DNA from: Eledone cirrhosa
Taxonomy: Eukaryota
Reading direction: 5' to 3'
NCBI GenBank assembly: GCA_964016885.1
Contig: OZ024740.1
Coordinates: forward strand, 413,540,001-413,604,000
DNA: 64,000 nt
The notes below the pieces were generated by a model, which was given only the letters and a program-made list of their open reading frames with translations, was not told the DNA's origin and did not search any database. This document shows positions 25,104-37,274 of this stretch, piece after piece (position 1 is the stretch's first letter; the number at the start of each line of letters is the position of its first letter). The position numbers and the translations under genes were made by a program.

Positions 25104-25181
25104 ATTACCTCATTACCAGAGGTTTCCCGAATGAGGCGAATACGAAAGAAACGTCTTCATTCGTTCGTCAGACGAGGCAAT
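25104..25181 (-). ncRNA. Complete type I hammerhead ribozyme
   Basis: attgcctcgt-CTGACGA-a-cgaatga...tcattcg-g-GAA-acc tct ggt-A-atgaggtaat; 10-bp stem I; GUA cleavage site at 25114. Confidence 0.8.
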
Positions 25182-25425
25182 ATAAAACATGGGTAAATAC
25201 TTCGAAAGTCTCATGAAGAAAAGCAAAAAAAATATAGACAAATGAATTACAATATGAAATATATAAAAATCTTTCAAGAAATATAGTTAGGTGTGTGTAT
25301 ATGTATGTATAAACGCTCACAGATGTGCATATATGTGTATGCACACATGTATACGTATAGTGAAAAAGTGTGCGTAAATATATAATTTAGGGCAAATGTA
25401 TCTGTGTATCTGTAAACTACAGACA

Positions 25426-25487
<62 letters not shown>

Positions 25488-25499
25488 ATATACATATAT

Positions 25500-25665
25500 A
25501 TATACACACACATATGCATGCACACCATTATATACACACGCACAGATACACACATATACATACACATATAAAACACGCACACTGATATACACATATGCAT
25601 ACCGTTACACACACGCCTATATATACACACACAAATATATATACACATATATATACACACACACA

Positions 25666-25717
<52 letters not shown>

Positions 25718-25871
25718 TGTGGGTGTGTGTATATATATGTGTATATATAGGCGTGTGTATATATAGGCGTGTGTGTAACGGTATGCATATGTGTATATCA
25801 GTGTGCGTGGGTATATATGTGTATGTATATGTGTGTATCTGTGCGTGTGTATATAATGCCGTGCATGCATA

Positions 25872-25882
<11 letters not shown>
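25500..25882. repeat. Imperfect palindrome of cryptic CA/TA microsatellite centred on (TA)n at 25670-25712
   Basis: Unique interruptions are mirrored (gcataccgttacacacacgcctat vs ataggcgtgtgtgtaacggtatgc; cgcacagatacac vs gtgtatctgtgcg). Confidence 0.88.
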
Positions 25883-25955
<73 letters not shown>

Positions 25956-26805
25956 TGCGTGTGCTTTATTGTGTACCTTAATTACTTTACCCTTAACTTT
26001 CATGACCCTTTCATACTTGTATTGTCTTATCTCCGTAATGCTTACTTCAAACAGTATAGCAGCGGACGTCAGGCAGACGAGTCGAACGGATGGATGCGTA
26101 GGACAACTTGGGCAGAGATGGCGGTAATAGCTGGTAAATTATAGGAAGCTCCCACCTGTGATTTGACTGAAAACAAATCAACGGGTGAATACGGTGATAC
26201 ATCCCTATGACAGAATCTGTGGTAGCGTATAAGAAGGAAACGGGATAATATTCAACCACTCTCAGACACGAGTCTACATGTTAAAACATATCTGAGGAGC
26301 CTACGATTCCAGAGTCAGGTTCGACCATTAATATATCGTTGTTCGAGCTGATAGACAGTAAAACGTATGGAATAAGTAATTTAATATCTATATGATGCAA
26401 CACTGACTCTTTGTTCTCTTATATAGTAATACTATATATATATATATATATAACCAACAACCAACAACTTAATTTATAAAATAATTTTTTTAAGAAAAAT
26501 TCTTTTTGGATTTTGTGAAGAAAATAAATTTGTTGAAAGCACAAGTGAAGCAATTTTTTCTTCCCCCCTGTCTTAATATATATATATATATATACATATA
26601 AAAAGAAGAGATTAAAATATGGTTAAACAAGTTCTTAATTTATACAATAACAGAGATAGTTTAAAGCTAATCTCTGACTGGTAACCATCTCACTCAACAA
26701 ACATTAGGTTATATTTTAATATAAACCCAATTTAAGTGTTTGGGGTGCTAACAATATGTATTATGTGGAAAAGCCAGTTGTATTATTTTACGAGATATAA
26801 TTAAA

Positions 26806-27100
26806 GTTAAAAAAGTTCCACATATTTTATTATGCGCATTTCGAAAACAACATCATTCTGGGACAAGAATTGTGTTCCGATCAGATAAAATACGGTACCA
26901 TGATGTGAGGCCTAAACACACTTGTCAACAGGAAAGTGCAAAGTATTTCCTGTTGACAAGTGTTTTTAGGCCTCATATCATGTTAACTTATTTTATCTGA
27001 TGGGAACACAATTTTTCTCCCAGAATGATGTTGTTTTCGAAATGCGCATAATAAAATATGTGGAGCTCTTTTAACCATATTTTAATTTCTTCTTTAATAT
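26806..27100. mobile_element. Fold-back element family F5 with diverged arms of about 130 bp
   Basis: Arms 26806-26935 and 26946-27075 with a 10-nt loop; 26597-26627 mirrors the distal tail. Confidence 0.85.
26989..27058 (+). ncRNA. Type I hammerhead, variant core CTGATGG; mirror copy on the minus strand at 26823-26892
   Basis: tattttat-CTGATGG-gaa...ttc-GAA-atgcgcat-A-ataaaata. Confidence 0.6.
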
Positions 27101-27549
27101 ATAGTGTTATTGTTCTACAATATTACTCACCTTCTATATATATATATATGTATCGAAGCTTCGGCTGTAGCCAGGCCAACGAGATACAATGAAGAATTGT
27201 GCAGTCAAACACTCAATGAGGAATCTCAGAGTAATAACATTCGTTAGACGGCATGACAAATTGAAAACTGTGGCAGACAGGCCCAGCCACGACACCCAAG
27301 CAACGAGGAAACCAACAGATATATATATGTTGCGTATAACCATGTCCATTACGAGCTGAGGATCCGCTAAGGTGCAGCAATTGTTCTCGTTATGGTGAGC
27401 TAACTTCTACCTAACTCGTCCCATAGACGGAGTGCTCTACCACTACGGATATTACCTTCCAGTGTTCTACCACAATATATATATATATATATAACGGCGA
27501 TGAATTATTTTGCGAGGTTTTTTATATTAAATCGTGTGTCGAAACAAAT

Positions 27550-28222
27550 ATTGTTATACTTGGGGTGGGTCATATTTGTGTAATATTGCCAGAATTAATA
27601 ACAGAACACACTCACTGGAGGCCAAGACTAAACAGAAAGAATGAATGGAATAACAACAACACCCAAACAAACAACACTGACTTAAGAGAAGTATAAATAA
27701 ATAAATAAATAAATAGATAAATAAATAAATAAATACATACACAAGCACAATAAGAACAAACATATAAACACACACTAGTAAACTTAGAACACATTAACCA
27801 ATACACAGTCACCCAATCACGAACACACATCAAACAAAACACTATACACACACGCAAACGCATGCGCAAAGAAGACAAAATAAAATAAACAAACAAACAA
27901 ATAAATTAATAAATATATAAACAGACTAAATATAGATGGCGTAGACATACAATGTAACGGGAGGAAACAATAGCACCACTTACGATGTTGCAGATGTACA
28001 ACGAAAGAACTTTGATAAACTATATACATGTGTTTGTGTCTATATTGTATCTGTATTATTTTTTAACGTCGGTCAGTCAATGGCAACATTGAGGACCGAA
28101 TAAATTAGATTACCGATATAAAAGATCCAGAAGCGAAAATCGAAAACCAACCAAACAGTGAGTGTGTACTGTTATTAATTCTGGCAATATTACACAAATA
28201 TGACCCTCCCCAAGTATAACAA
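27550..28222. repeat. Inverted repeat pair 27550-27617 and 28156-28222
   Basis: attgttatacttgggg.gggtcatatttgtgtaatattgccagaattaata is mirrored. Confidence 0.82.
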
Positions 28223-28279
28223 TATATATATATATATATATATATACATATCTATTTATACATACATATATATATATAT

Positions 28280-28485
28280 AACGAAGGTGGTGTGGTAAGG
28301 AACCAGATGGACCATAACGCACCAGAGTCTTCAATATTTAGGGTAGTAGAGTGGGTAATAGGAACATGTTTAACCCCGACGGCAGAGCTCAAGCCGTTTT
28401 GACGGCTATTTCTCGACTATACTACCCTAAGTATTGAATACTCTGGTGCGTTATGGTCCATCTGGTTCCTTACCACAATTCCTTT

Positions 28486-28490
<5 letters not shown>
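28280..28490 (-). mobile_element. Family F3 element with an inverted copy of its tail
   Basis: 28291-28348 mirrors 28420-28477; TA tracts on both sides. Confidence 0.8.
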
Positions 28491-28526
<36 letters not shown>

Positions 28527-28571
28527 TATATATATATTAAAATGACAGATTAAAGTTTAAGCAAAGAATCT

Positions 28572-28636
<65 letters not shown>

Positions 28637-28640
<4 letters not shown>

Positions 28641-28752
28641 GTTTCTACTTGTTGGCACAAGGCCAGCAATTGCTCAGTACATTACTGATACTTTATTTTA
28701 TCGACCCCGTAAGGATGAAAGGCAAAGTTAACCTCGGTGGGATTTGAACTCA
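28637..28752 (-). mobile_element. SINE family 1, truncated
   Basis: Central and 3' domain match. Confidence 0.8.
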
Positions 28753-31045
28753 TATATATATATATATAATAGATGTATATATGAAGGTTTATATGATATG
28801 TTTATGTTCAATAAATATATATGTATGTGTAATTATGTGTGCATTCAAAGAAAATAGGAATTAAACAATAGATACAATGCTTCAATGGAAATGAAATAGA
28901 TTATTGTAAACGTCTTACAGTTCCTCGATAAATTAGCATATTCAATAAAGTCATAACAATCAAAAATTGAAGACATTTGGTTCCAGAAGCAGAAGCACCA
29001 TATGTTAATAGGAGAGGTAAAAGCTTTGTTACGTCCAAGAAATTTTGAAAGTATATATTCGAGATTAAACACAAAGAGAATCAACCAGAAATTCAAACAT
29101 CACAAAATTTATGTACATTAATTGTTTCTACTTTAGGCACAAGGCCAGCAATTACCCAGTGCATTTATTCTTTAAATTTGATACGCATCATGGAACATAC
29201 ATAATATTTCCTTTGCTGCTCACCTGAAGGCAATTCTCAAAAAAATGTGTTCTGTGCATTTCAAAATTAGATATATTTTGTCTAGCTGCATCTCAAGCTG
29301 CACGTGCATGTATTATATATTCATCGGCATGCAATAAAATGACATTGAACAGTCATTTACATCGCCTACGTCTCCATACATTGCATTCATCCAATAAACC
29401 AGGTACGTTGTACTGAAGGTGACGTATTAACAAAGACATCGTATTAACAATGCCTCAGCATTTGTTCCGGCTCATTGCACTCTGAATTCAAATAATACCG
29501 AAGTCAACTTTAATTTCAATCTGCCATAGTTACTAAATGTACTACCTGTCTTGGTTTTTCTACCGTTCTCTTTCATTCTTTCTCTTCAGAAAACCATATT
29601 CCCACTTGGAGAGCGATGGCTTCCGCCAGTTTCAAAGTGTTCAGGAAACACTTTGTGTCAAGTCGGTGCCCCTACGACTCCATAAATTGTTAAGTGTCTT
29701 TTGTTATCCCCTCTTTAATCCTACTGAAAAGCAGTTTGGAAATTAATCTACTTTTCTTATATATCTTAAAATTGCGCCCACCATCAAATTTGATGATGTG
29801 AGTTCCACTTGTTGAACAATCAACCAGACTAACAACAATGGCATATTTTAGAGTATATATAGCCGTGTACTCCAGTTATATGTACATAACGTAATCCTTA
29901 GAGGGAATCAGTGTAACTTTGTGTGTCGCACAGTGTGTGCACGTCGAAAATATTACTGCTTGAATTACAGTGGAGACCGCCAGATAGCTTTCAACAGTTT
30001 TCCTCTACTGTAATTCACTAACAGGTCTGTGTTAATCTAAGGTGAAAAGCAATACTTGTTCAAAATTCCAAGCGGAACATCATGTTTACAAAGTGAACGT
30101 ATTGCCTGTATGGCCATGGCGTTTAAATTACGGATATAAAATTAGAAAGTAATTAGGATTTGTCTTTATAATTCAGCAGAAGCAGTTTCTTTTGCAGTGA
30201 CATAATAGTCTTAGCTTTACAAATTCTACTCTAGTCAGCACTGCAAATAATTGTGGAAACAGAACGTTAACAGTAATCCCCCAACATTTATTTACCAAGT
30301 TTAATAACGTATAAACTAATTCGCATCACCTAAGTAATTATCATATATTTCAATTTATAACAAGCCTTTTCGTAAATTTATCGGTTTGTAAATATTCTAG
30401 CAAACTCTTAATGATTATAATAAGACAATACAGTTATGGCCAAAGACTTAGGTGTAATAGCTATCCTAGAACACATCAGCTGCATGGTTGATTTCAAAAT
30501 GTGACTTTATGCAACGCTTTCCCGGCTAAATAGTAATTTCGATGGTGTCTTTGTTAATATGGGTATTCTGATAGCTTTTCTTAAGAATAGTAAATATATT
30601 TTCCTATAAAATCTTAGAATGCACCCAAGGGGCACGTAGTCTTACTGTATAGTAATTACTGTAAATTTAGTATTTATTAAACTGTAAAAAGATTACTACT
30701 CGACACCTTCTGTGATTAACTAATGTGTTTAATTGCATTCAATTCCTCACACTTTCATCTTTTTCACTCTCACATTCTCTCTTTCCTCTCTCGCTCTCTT
30801 TCCTTCACACCCTGCTTCTATCTTCACATTCATTTCTGTCTACTTGGTGACTAAACCTCAGCTACTATTTATTTCCGGCTACAGTTAATATTTCACCCCA
30901 CGCCACACAGATCGATGGTGGAGTCAAGTCTATCACATTGATATAGATCTCAAGCCAATGATCTGTGAAGCGTAGATAACGGTACATATTGAATAATAGC
31001 ATTTTAAAGTGAAACCTCGTCATATCAAACTTTATATATATACAT

Positions 31046-31573
<528 letters not shown>

Positions 31574-31574
31574 T

Positions 31575-31585
31575 TGGTGACCTCC
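31575..31585 (+). promoter_or_regulatory. Primer-binding site, tRNA-Trp-like
   Basis: TGGTGACC directly after the LTR, complementary to a GGUCACCA tRNA 3' end. Confidence 0.65.
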
Positions 31586-32214
31586 ACTAAGAACAACTTT
31601 TAAAATTAATTGCTAAAGTGTATCTCCTTCTGACCTGCCTTGCAAGCAGATAGTTAGATAAAAACAAAAAAAATTATCACAACTCAACAAGCGTTTTATC
31701 AACAATGATATTTATTTTATGTACAAAGTGTGTGACGTTGCACATATATATATGGAATTCATGCCCGTTGTTGTTTGGTATCTTGTCTTTGAGTGAACAA
31801 TATTTTTCCTCTTGCATCAACATCTCTCTTAAAAAAAAAAAAAATGGATTTCTCTGGATATAAAATTTTGCTTTCAACCTTCTGTTAAAATTACAAAATG
31901 GAGACTCAAAAATGTTGTTTTCCCGCGTACAGCTTGTCTTCTTCAATCCAAGCCAGCTGATTGGCTGCATCGTACCACATGACGGCTTCTTCATCACAAA
32001 CACATTTTTCAATCAGCCATCTTGGGATTTTCTTACCAAATAATTTTCATGGAAAATAATTTTTTTTATTATTCAAATTTTATTTTGGCCGGCGAGAATT
32101 TTCAAAAGGAATTTCAGTTGAATTCGCGTGAATAAGATTTTGGATTCCAGTGTCACTTGTTGGTCGCATAGCTGCTTCGAAGAAATAATTTGGCCTTAAA
32201 AATTCATCAAATCT

Positions 32215-33010
32215 TTGGGCATCATGAATTCACATCATTTGCCGATATTTGCGGGCGATATTAAACTATGGTTTTCGCAGCTCGAGTGCTATTTCGATTT
32301 GACCCACACCAAAGAACAGCATAAATTGAAGGTGCTTATTAATGGCCTGCCTGTTTCTTTGGCATATTCCGTAAAGGATGTTGTAACTAATTTAGCTAAA
32401 GACGTAACCTATGGCTCATTAAAACTAGAAATTCTTCGTAGGAATACTAAGTCTGTGGAGAGCCGTTTTCGGGAATTATTGGAGGATGCACAGATGGGTG
32501 ACAGAACGCCAACCTCCTATTTGCGGCATCTACGTGAGATGAGCGACTCCCAAGGAATTGATACATCCTTCATTAAACAGTTGTTTTTCTCTCGTTTGCC
32601 GCCGAGTGCACAGATGGTTCTAGTGAATACTTTGGAGAGAGATTCTTTGGATCAGATCGCTGCATCTGCCGATAAAATCCTAGAATTGGATTTAAAGAGC
32701 AGCCTGCATAATCCTGTTATTGCTTCTTCTTCCGTTCCCCTGCACAAATCGTCTTTAGCCGAGGAAAAACTGCTGGAAGCAATCGAAGCGCTGACCAGGA
32801 AAGTGGATATTTTGACTGTCTAAAACAGAGAGCCATCCCAACGTCTGAGGTATCGTTCGCCCCCGTCTGCTGTTTCTCGCCGCCACTACACTACAGGTAG
32901 TAGTAATCCTCAACTTCGTTGGTATCATGCAAACTTTGGTAAACGGGCGCAGCGCTGTCGGGCGCCTTGTAACTATAGGAGTTCGGAAAACCCCAATCAT
33001 AGCCACTAGG
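32215..33010 (+). pseudogene. gag: gag, interrupted by TAA at 32821
   Basis: LPIFAGDIKLWFSQLE..YGSLKLEIL..MGDRTPTSYLRHLR; reading past the stop gives WYHANFGKRAQRCRAPCNY; GGAAAAC at 32985-32991 is a candidate -1 frameshift site. Confidence 0.82.
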
Positions 33011-36000
33011 GGCGGCTAGTGAACTCTGGGAAACTCGACCAAACCGTCATTTTTTTGTGTACGACCTGCAGTCAAAAAAACTTTTTCTTGTCGACACTGG
33101 CGCGTCACTAAGTATTTGGCCAGTTAGTTATCTTGATAATACTCCACCTGAGTCCACTATCAATTTGCAAGCAGTCAACCATACGGCGATTCGAACTTAT
33201 GGACAATTTTCGCTTCCTCTTAAGGTTACAAATCTTCGCCATGATTTTAGGTGGAAATTTACTATCGCCGACATACCATATGCTATCTTGGGAGCGGATT
33301 TCCTCCACCATTTTTCCTTGTCGATTGACATCCGCAGACAACGACTTTTTGATGCTAATACAGGCCTATCGTTCGAGGGTACAAAGCCGGAGATCGCCAC
33401 AGTAAGCCCTGCTTTTTTCTTGGCTGAAGTGGGCAACCAGTATCACAGTTTGTTAAAATCATTCCCACAGCTGACGCAAGGAAGATTACGAATTTGCTAG
33501 TCCGGATCATGTGATTGAACACTTTATATCCACTACGGGTCCACCTGTTTTCTCACGTCCTCGAAGATTATCTGCAGAGAAGTTGAAAGATGCACGGTCT
33601 GAATTCGACCACATGCCGGAATTAGGAATAATTCGGCGTTCCACAAGTCCTTGGGCATCGCCTCTACATATGGTACTTAAATCTTCTGGTGATTGGAGAC
33701 CGACGGGTGACTACCGACATTTAAACGCGATTACTGTGCCTGACCGTTATCCAATCCCGCATTTGCAGGATTTCGCTTTTTCATTACAAGGTTGCACAAT
33801 TTTTTCTAAGATCGATTTGATTCGTGCTTATAATCAGATTCCGGTTAGACTGCTATTGCCACTCCTTTTGGATCTTTCGAGTTCCTTACTATGCCTTTCG
33901 TGCTAAGAAATGCGGCTAGTACCTTCCAACGATTTATGGATGATTTTACTCGGGGCCTGGATTTTGTGTACACGTATATCGATGATGTGTTGATTGCTAG
34001 TTCTTCTCCTGAGCAGCATTCAAAGCATCTGGATCTCGTATTTCGTCGTTTACAGAGATATAATTATTTCTACTTTAGGCACAAGGCCAGCAATTACCCA
34101 GTGCATTACTAGTACTTTATTTTATCGACCCCGTAAGGATGAAAGGCAAAGTCAACCTCGGCGAGATTTGAACTCAGATCGTAAAGGGACGTAACTATGC
34201 TGGAAAGCATGGCGTCCGACCCGCCAACGATACTGCCAATCCTACGTTTACAGAGATATATGTGCGTATTAATGCTTCCAAGTGTGTTTTCGGCTCGACT
34301 TCACTAACATTTTTAGGCCATCTGATTGACGCCGATGGTATTCGACCTCTTCCTGAGAAGGTTAAGGCAGTATCGGATTTGCCTCCGCCAAGTTCACTGC
34401 GACAATTACGTCAATTAATTCTTAGGCCTTGTAAATTGTTATAGGCGATTCGTGCCTAATTGTTCCACCTTGCTGTTCTCGTTGACAGAAATTTTTAAAA
34501 ATTGCCGGCGTAAGAATATGGACATTTCCTTAAATAAAACGCAGCTTGAGGATTTTAAAAAAGTGAAAAAGGCGTTAGCGAGCGCGTCTTTGCTCGTCCA
34601 CCCAGTACCAAATGCCGAGCTATCGCTCTGTGTTGATGCGTCGGATACCGCTGTGGGCGCAGTCTTGCAACAGAAGTGCGATGGTTTACAACAACCACTG
34701 GAATTTTTTTCGAGAAAGCTAAAGCCTGCCGAAAATCGTTATAGTATTTTCCAACGTGAGCTTTTAGCAATTTATTTATCTGTGAAACATTTCTCCCATG
34801 TTCTGGACGGGAGAGCGTTCACTATTTTCACAGATGACAAACCTTTGATTTTCGCTTTAAGATCAACATCTGACAAATATTCGCCTAGGGAAACTAGACA
34901 TCTGGATTTTGTTTCCCAATACACCAATGATATTCAACATATTCCGGGTGCTTTGAACACTGCGGTAGACGCCTTGTCTCGCCTCCCGATAGCTTCGATC
35001 TCGTCGTCTAACGATATAGATTTGCGTCAAATGGTCATTGACCAACCCTCGCTTGAATCATTGGATTGCACATCGCCGGAGTTCATTAACTGCAATATGA
35101 AATACCTTCCTTTATCAACCACTGACGGACAGATACTTTGTGATATCTCGTTGGACTCACCACGACCTCTCGTCCCAGTTGGTCATCGACGAACTGTATT
35201 TCTCGCTTTGCATGGCATTTCTCACCCAGGAGCTACAGCCTCGGTAAAACTCATAACAGCCAGATTTTTATGGCCTGATATGAGACGTGACATTGCTGCT
35301 GGGTGCCGTTCCTGTGTCGCTTGCCAAAAGTCAAAAGTTCATAAGCACGTTAAAACTCCTCTCGGAACTTTCACCTGTCCTGATGCCAGATTTCGTCACA
35401 TTAATGTGGACATCGTCAGCCCAGGGCCGATTAGTCGTGGTTATTCGAATATTTTGACGATCGATGACCGTTTTTCGCGTTGGCCTGAAGCCATCCCTAT
35501 GACAGATATCACTGCTGAAACGACAGCGCGTACTCTCGTATCTGCATGGATCGCTCGTTTTGGAGTACCAACCACAATAACAACGGACCGCGGTCGTCAA
35601 TTTGAATCGAACCTCTTCCGTGAATTAACACAATTTATTGACGCTACTCGCATAAGAACCACGGCATATCATCCAGCATCAAACGGAATGGTGGACAGAT
35701 TTCACAGACAGCTTAAAACCTATTTAAGGGCTTCAATGGACTCTTCATGTTGGAGTGAGTACCTACCTATTGTGTTTTTAGGTATTCGGTCGACAATAAA
35801 GGTGGACCTTGGGTTCTCCCCGGCCGAATTTATTTATGGTACTCCTCTTGCGTTACCGGGGCAAATGCTTGCTCCTGTTGATATTGTTTCGCAGGATCCC
35901 GCTTCCTACGTGTCCCGGCTTCATTCTGACTTCCAGGATTTACCACCGATGGACACTAGGAAGCAAACTGTAAAAACTACCGTCCCAAGGGATATTGCCT

Positions 36001-36194
36001 TGTGGACACATGTGTTCGTTAGAGACGACGCTGTGAGACCCCCTCTCACACGGCCGTACTCTGGACCCTATCGTGTGCTTGCTTGTACAGAGAAACATTT
36101 CACAGTGGAGATTAGGGGGTCCAGGGAAACTATTTCCGTTGATCGCCTCAAACGAGCCAATCTTGACACTGACACAGTGACACTTGAACCATAA
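33010..36194 (+). pseudogene. pol: pol (protease, RT, RNase H, integrase), frameshifted and SINE-interrupted
   Basis: FLVDTGA, SPWASP..DYR.LN, YIDD, DASD..RELLA, HHCC, TDRG.QF, GPY motif. Confidence 0.92.
34063..34244 (-). mobile_element. SINE family 1 inserted in the Gypsy RT
   Basis: Perfect 16-bp TSD cgtttacagagatata at 34047-34062 and 34245-34260. Confidence 0.92.
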
Positions 36195-36770
36195 ATGCCC
36201 CCTTCTTTTTCTTCGCCACATACACTTGTTTCTTCGTCGTCGTCGTCGTCGTCGTCGTCCCCCCCCCCCCTCACATACTGAAATACGACCCGTTCAGGTC
36301 GAAGGGTGCATTGGCCTCGTAAGCTATGCAGTACTATAAACTTCTGAATTTATTCTTTTTTCTTGCAGTTATTTTTACTGTATATTGAATTTGTTGTTGC
36401 ATTTTGTACCCTGACTGCCTATGGTTTTTTTAAGGCATATTATAATTTTTCATTGCATTTTGTAACCTTACTGCCTATGGCATTTTCAATGCCTATCGTA
36501 TTTTTAATGCATTTTGCATTTATTGCTGCATGTGTATAATTATTGTAATTGTTGTATATTTTTTGTGTAATGCTTGCATGCATTAACCTATTTCACCTCT
36601 ATAGTGTTCGTTTTGAAACAGGTTTCAACAACTTGTAAAGAGTACCTTGTAAGGCTTTGGCTTCATTGTTATATATTACAGGAATTTTTCTTGCACCAAT
36701 TTACAACTTCTGGTGCCTCCATGCTATCGTTTGTTTTACGATTTTCTTTAAAAATCTGGTCGGAGGTGAT

Positions 36771-37197
36771 TGTAGTAACTATGGCGACAGGGTGTTGACT
36801 ATAGCAACGCAGTGTCGCCATCTGTGGGTAACACAAAAAAATAGCGAATTACTTCCCTTATCTCGGCGTTCTCTAAAAGAAGAGACGCCAATGTAAAACT
36901 CAAGAGATTTGGTTTTTAATTCCAGTCGCCTTTGTCCTGCCACATGGACGTACTTTGTAAAAACGCCTGTTTTTGACCAAGAGATTTTCATATCTCTTCT
37001 TGAATGTAAGAATTAAGCCATTGCCGTTTAGCTTGCAGGGTATGTCCTATGAATGTAATTATTATGTTGTGTTTTATTAAATGAATCATTTAATAAAAGA
37101 TTAGCCTTGTTATCGTTAAAGCCCTTCTGTTTTAATTAATAATCTTAGAGAGGTGAGATGTCGTTCACACACCTGGACGATATATCATTTTTCTTTA
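36771..37197 (+). repeat. 3' LTR
   Basis: Direct repeat of 31145-31573. Confidence 0.93.
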
Positions 37198-37274
37198 TAT
37201 ATAATATATATTAATAGTAATAATAATAATAATAATAAGAAGAAGAAGAAGAAGAAAAAAAAGAAGAAGAAGAA

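Noticed and set aside
26285-26335. Hammerhead-like CTGAGGA-gcct...aggt
   Set aside because: GAAA is absent (cgacc) and stem I is weak; at most a relic.
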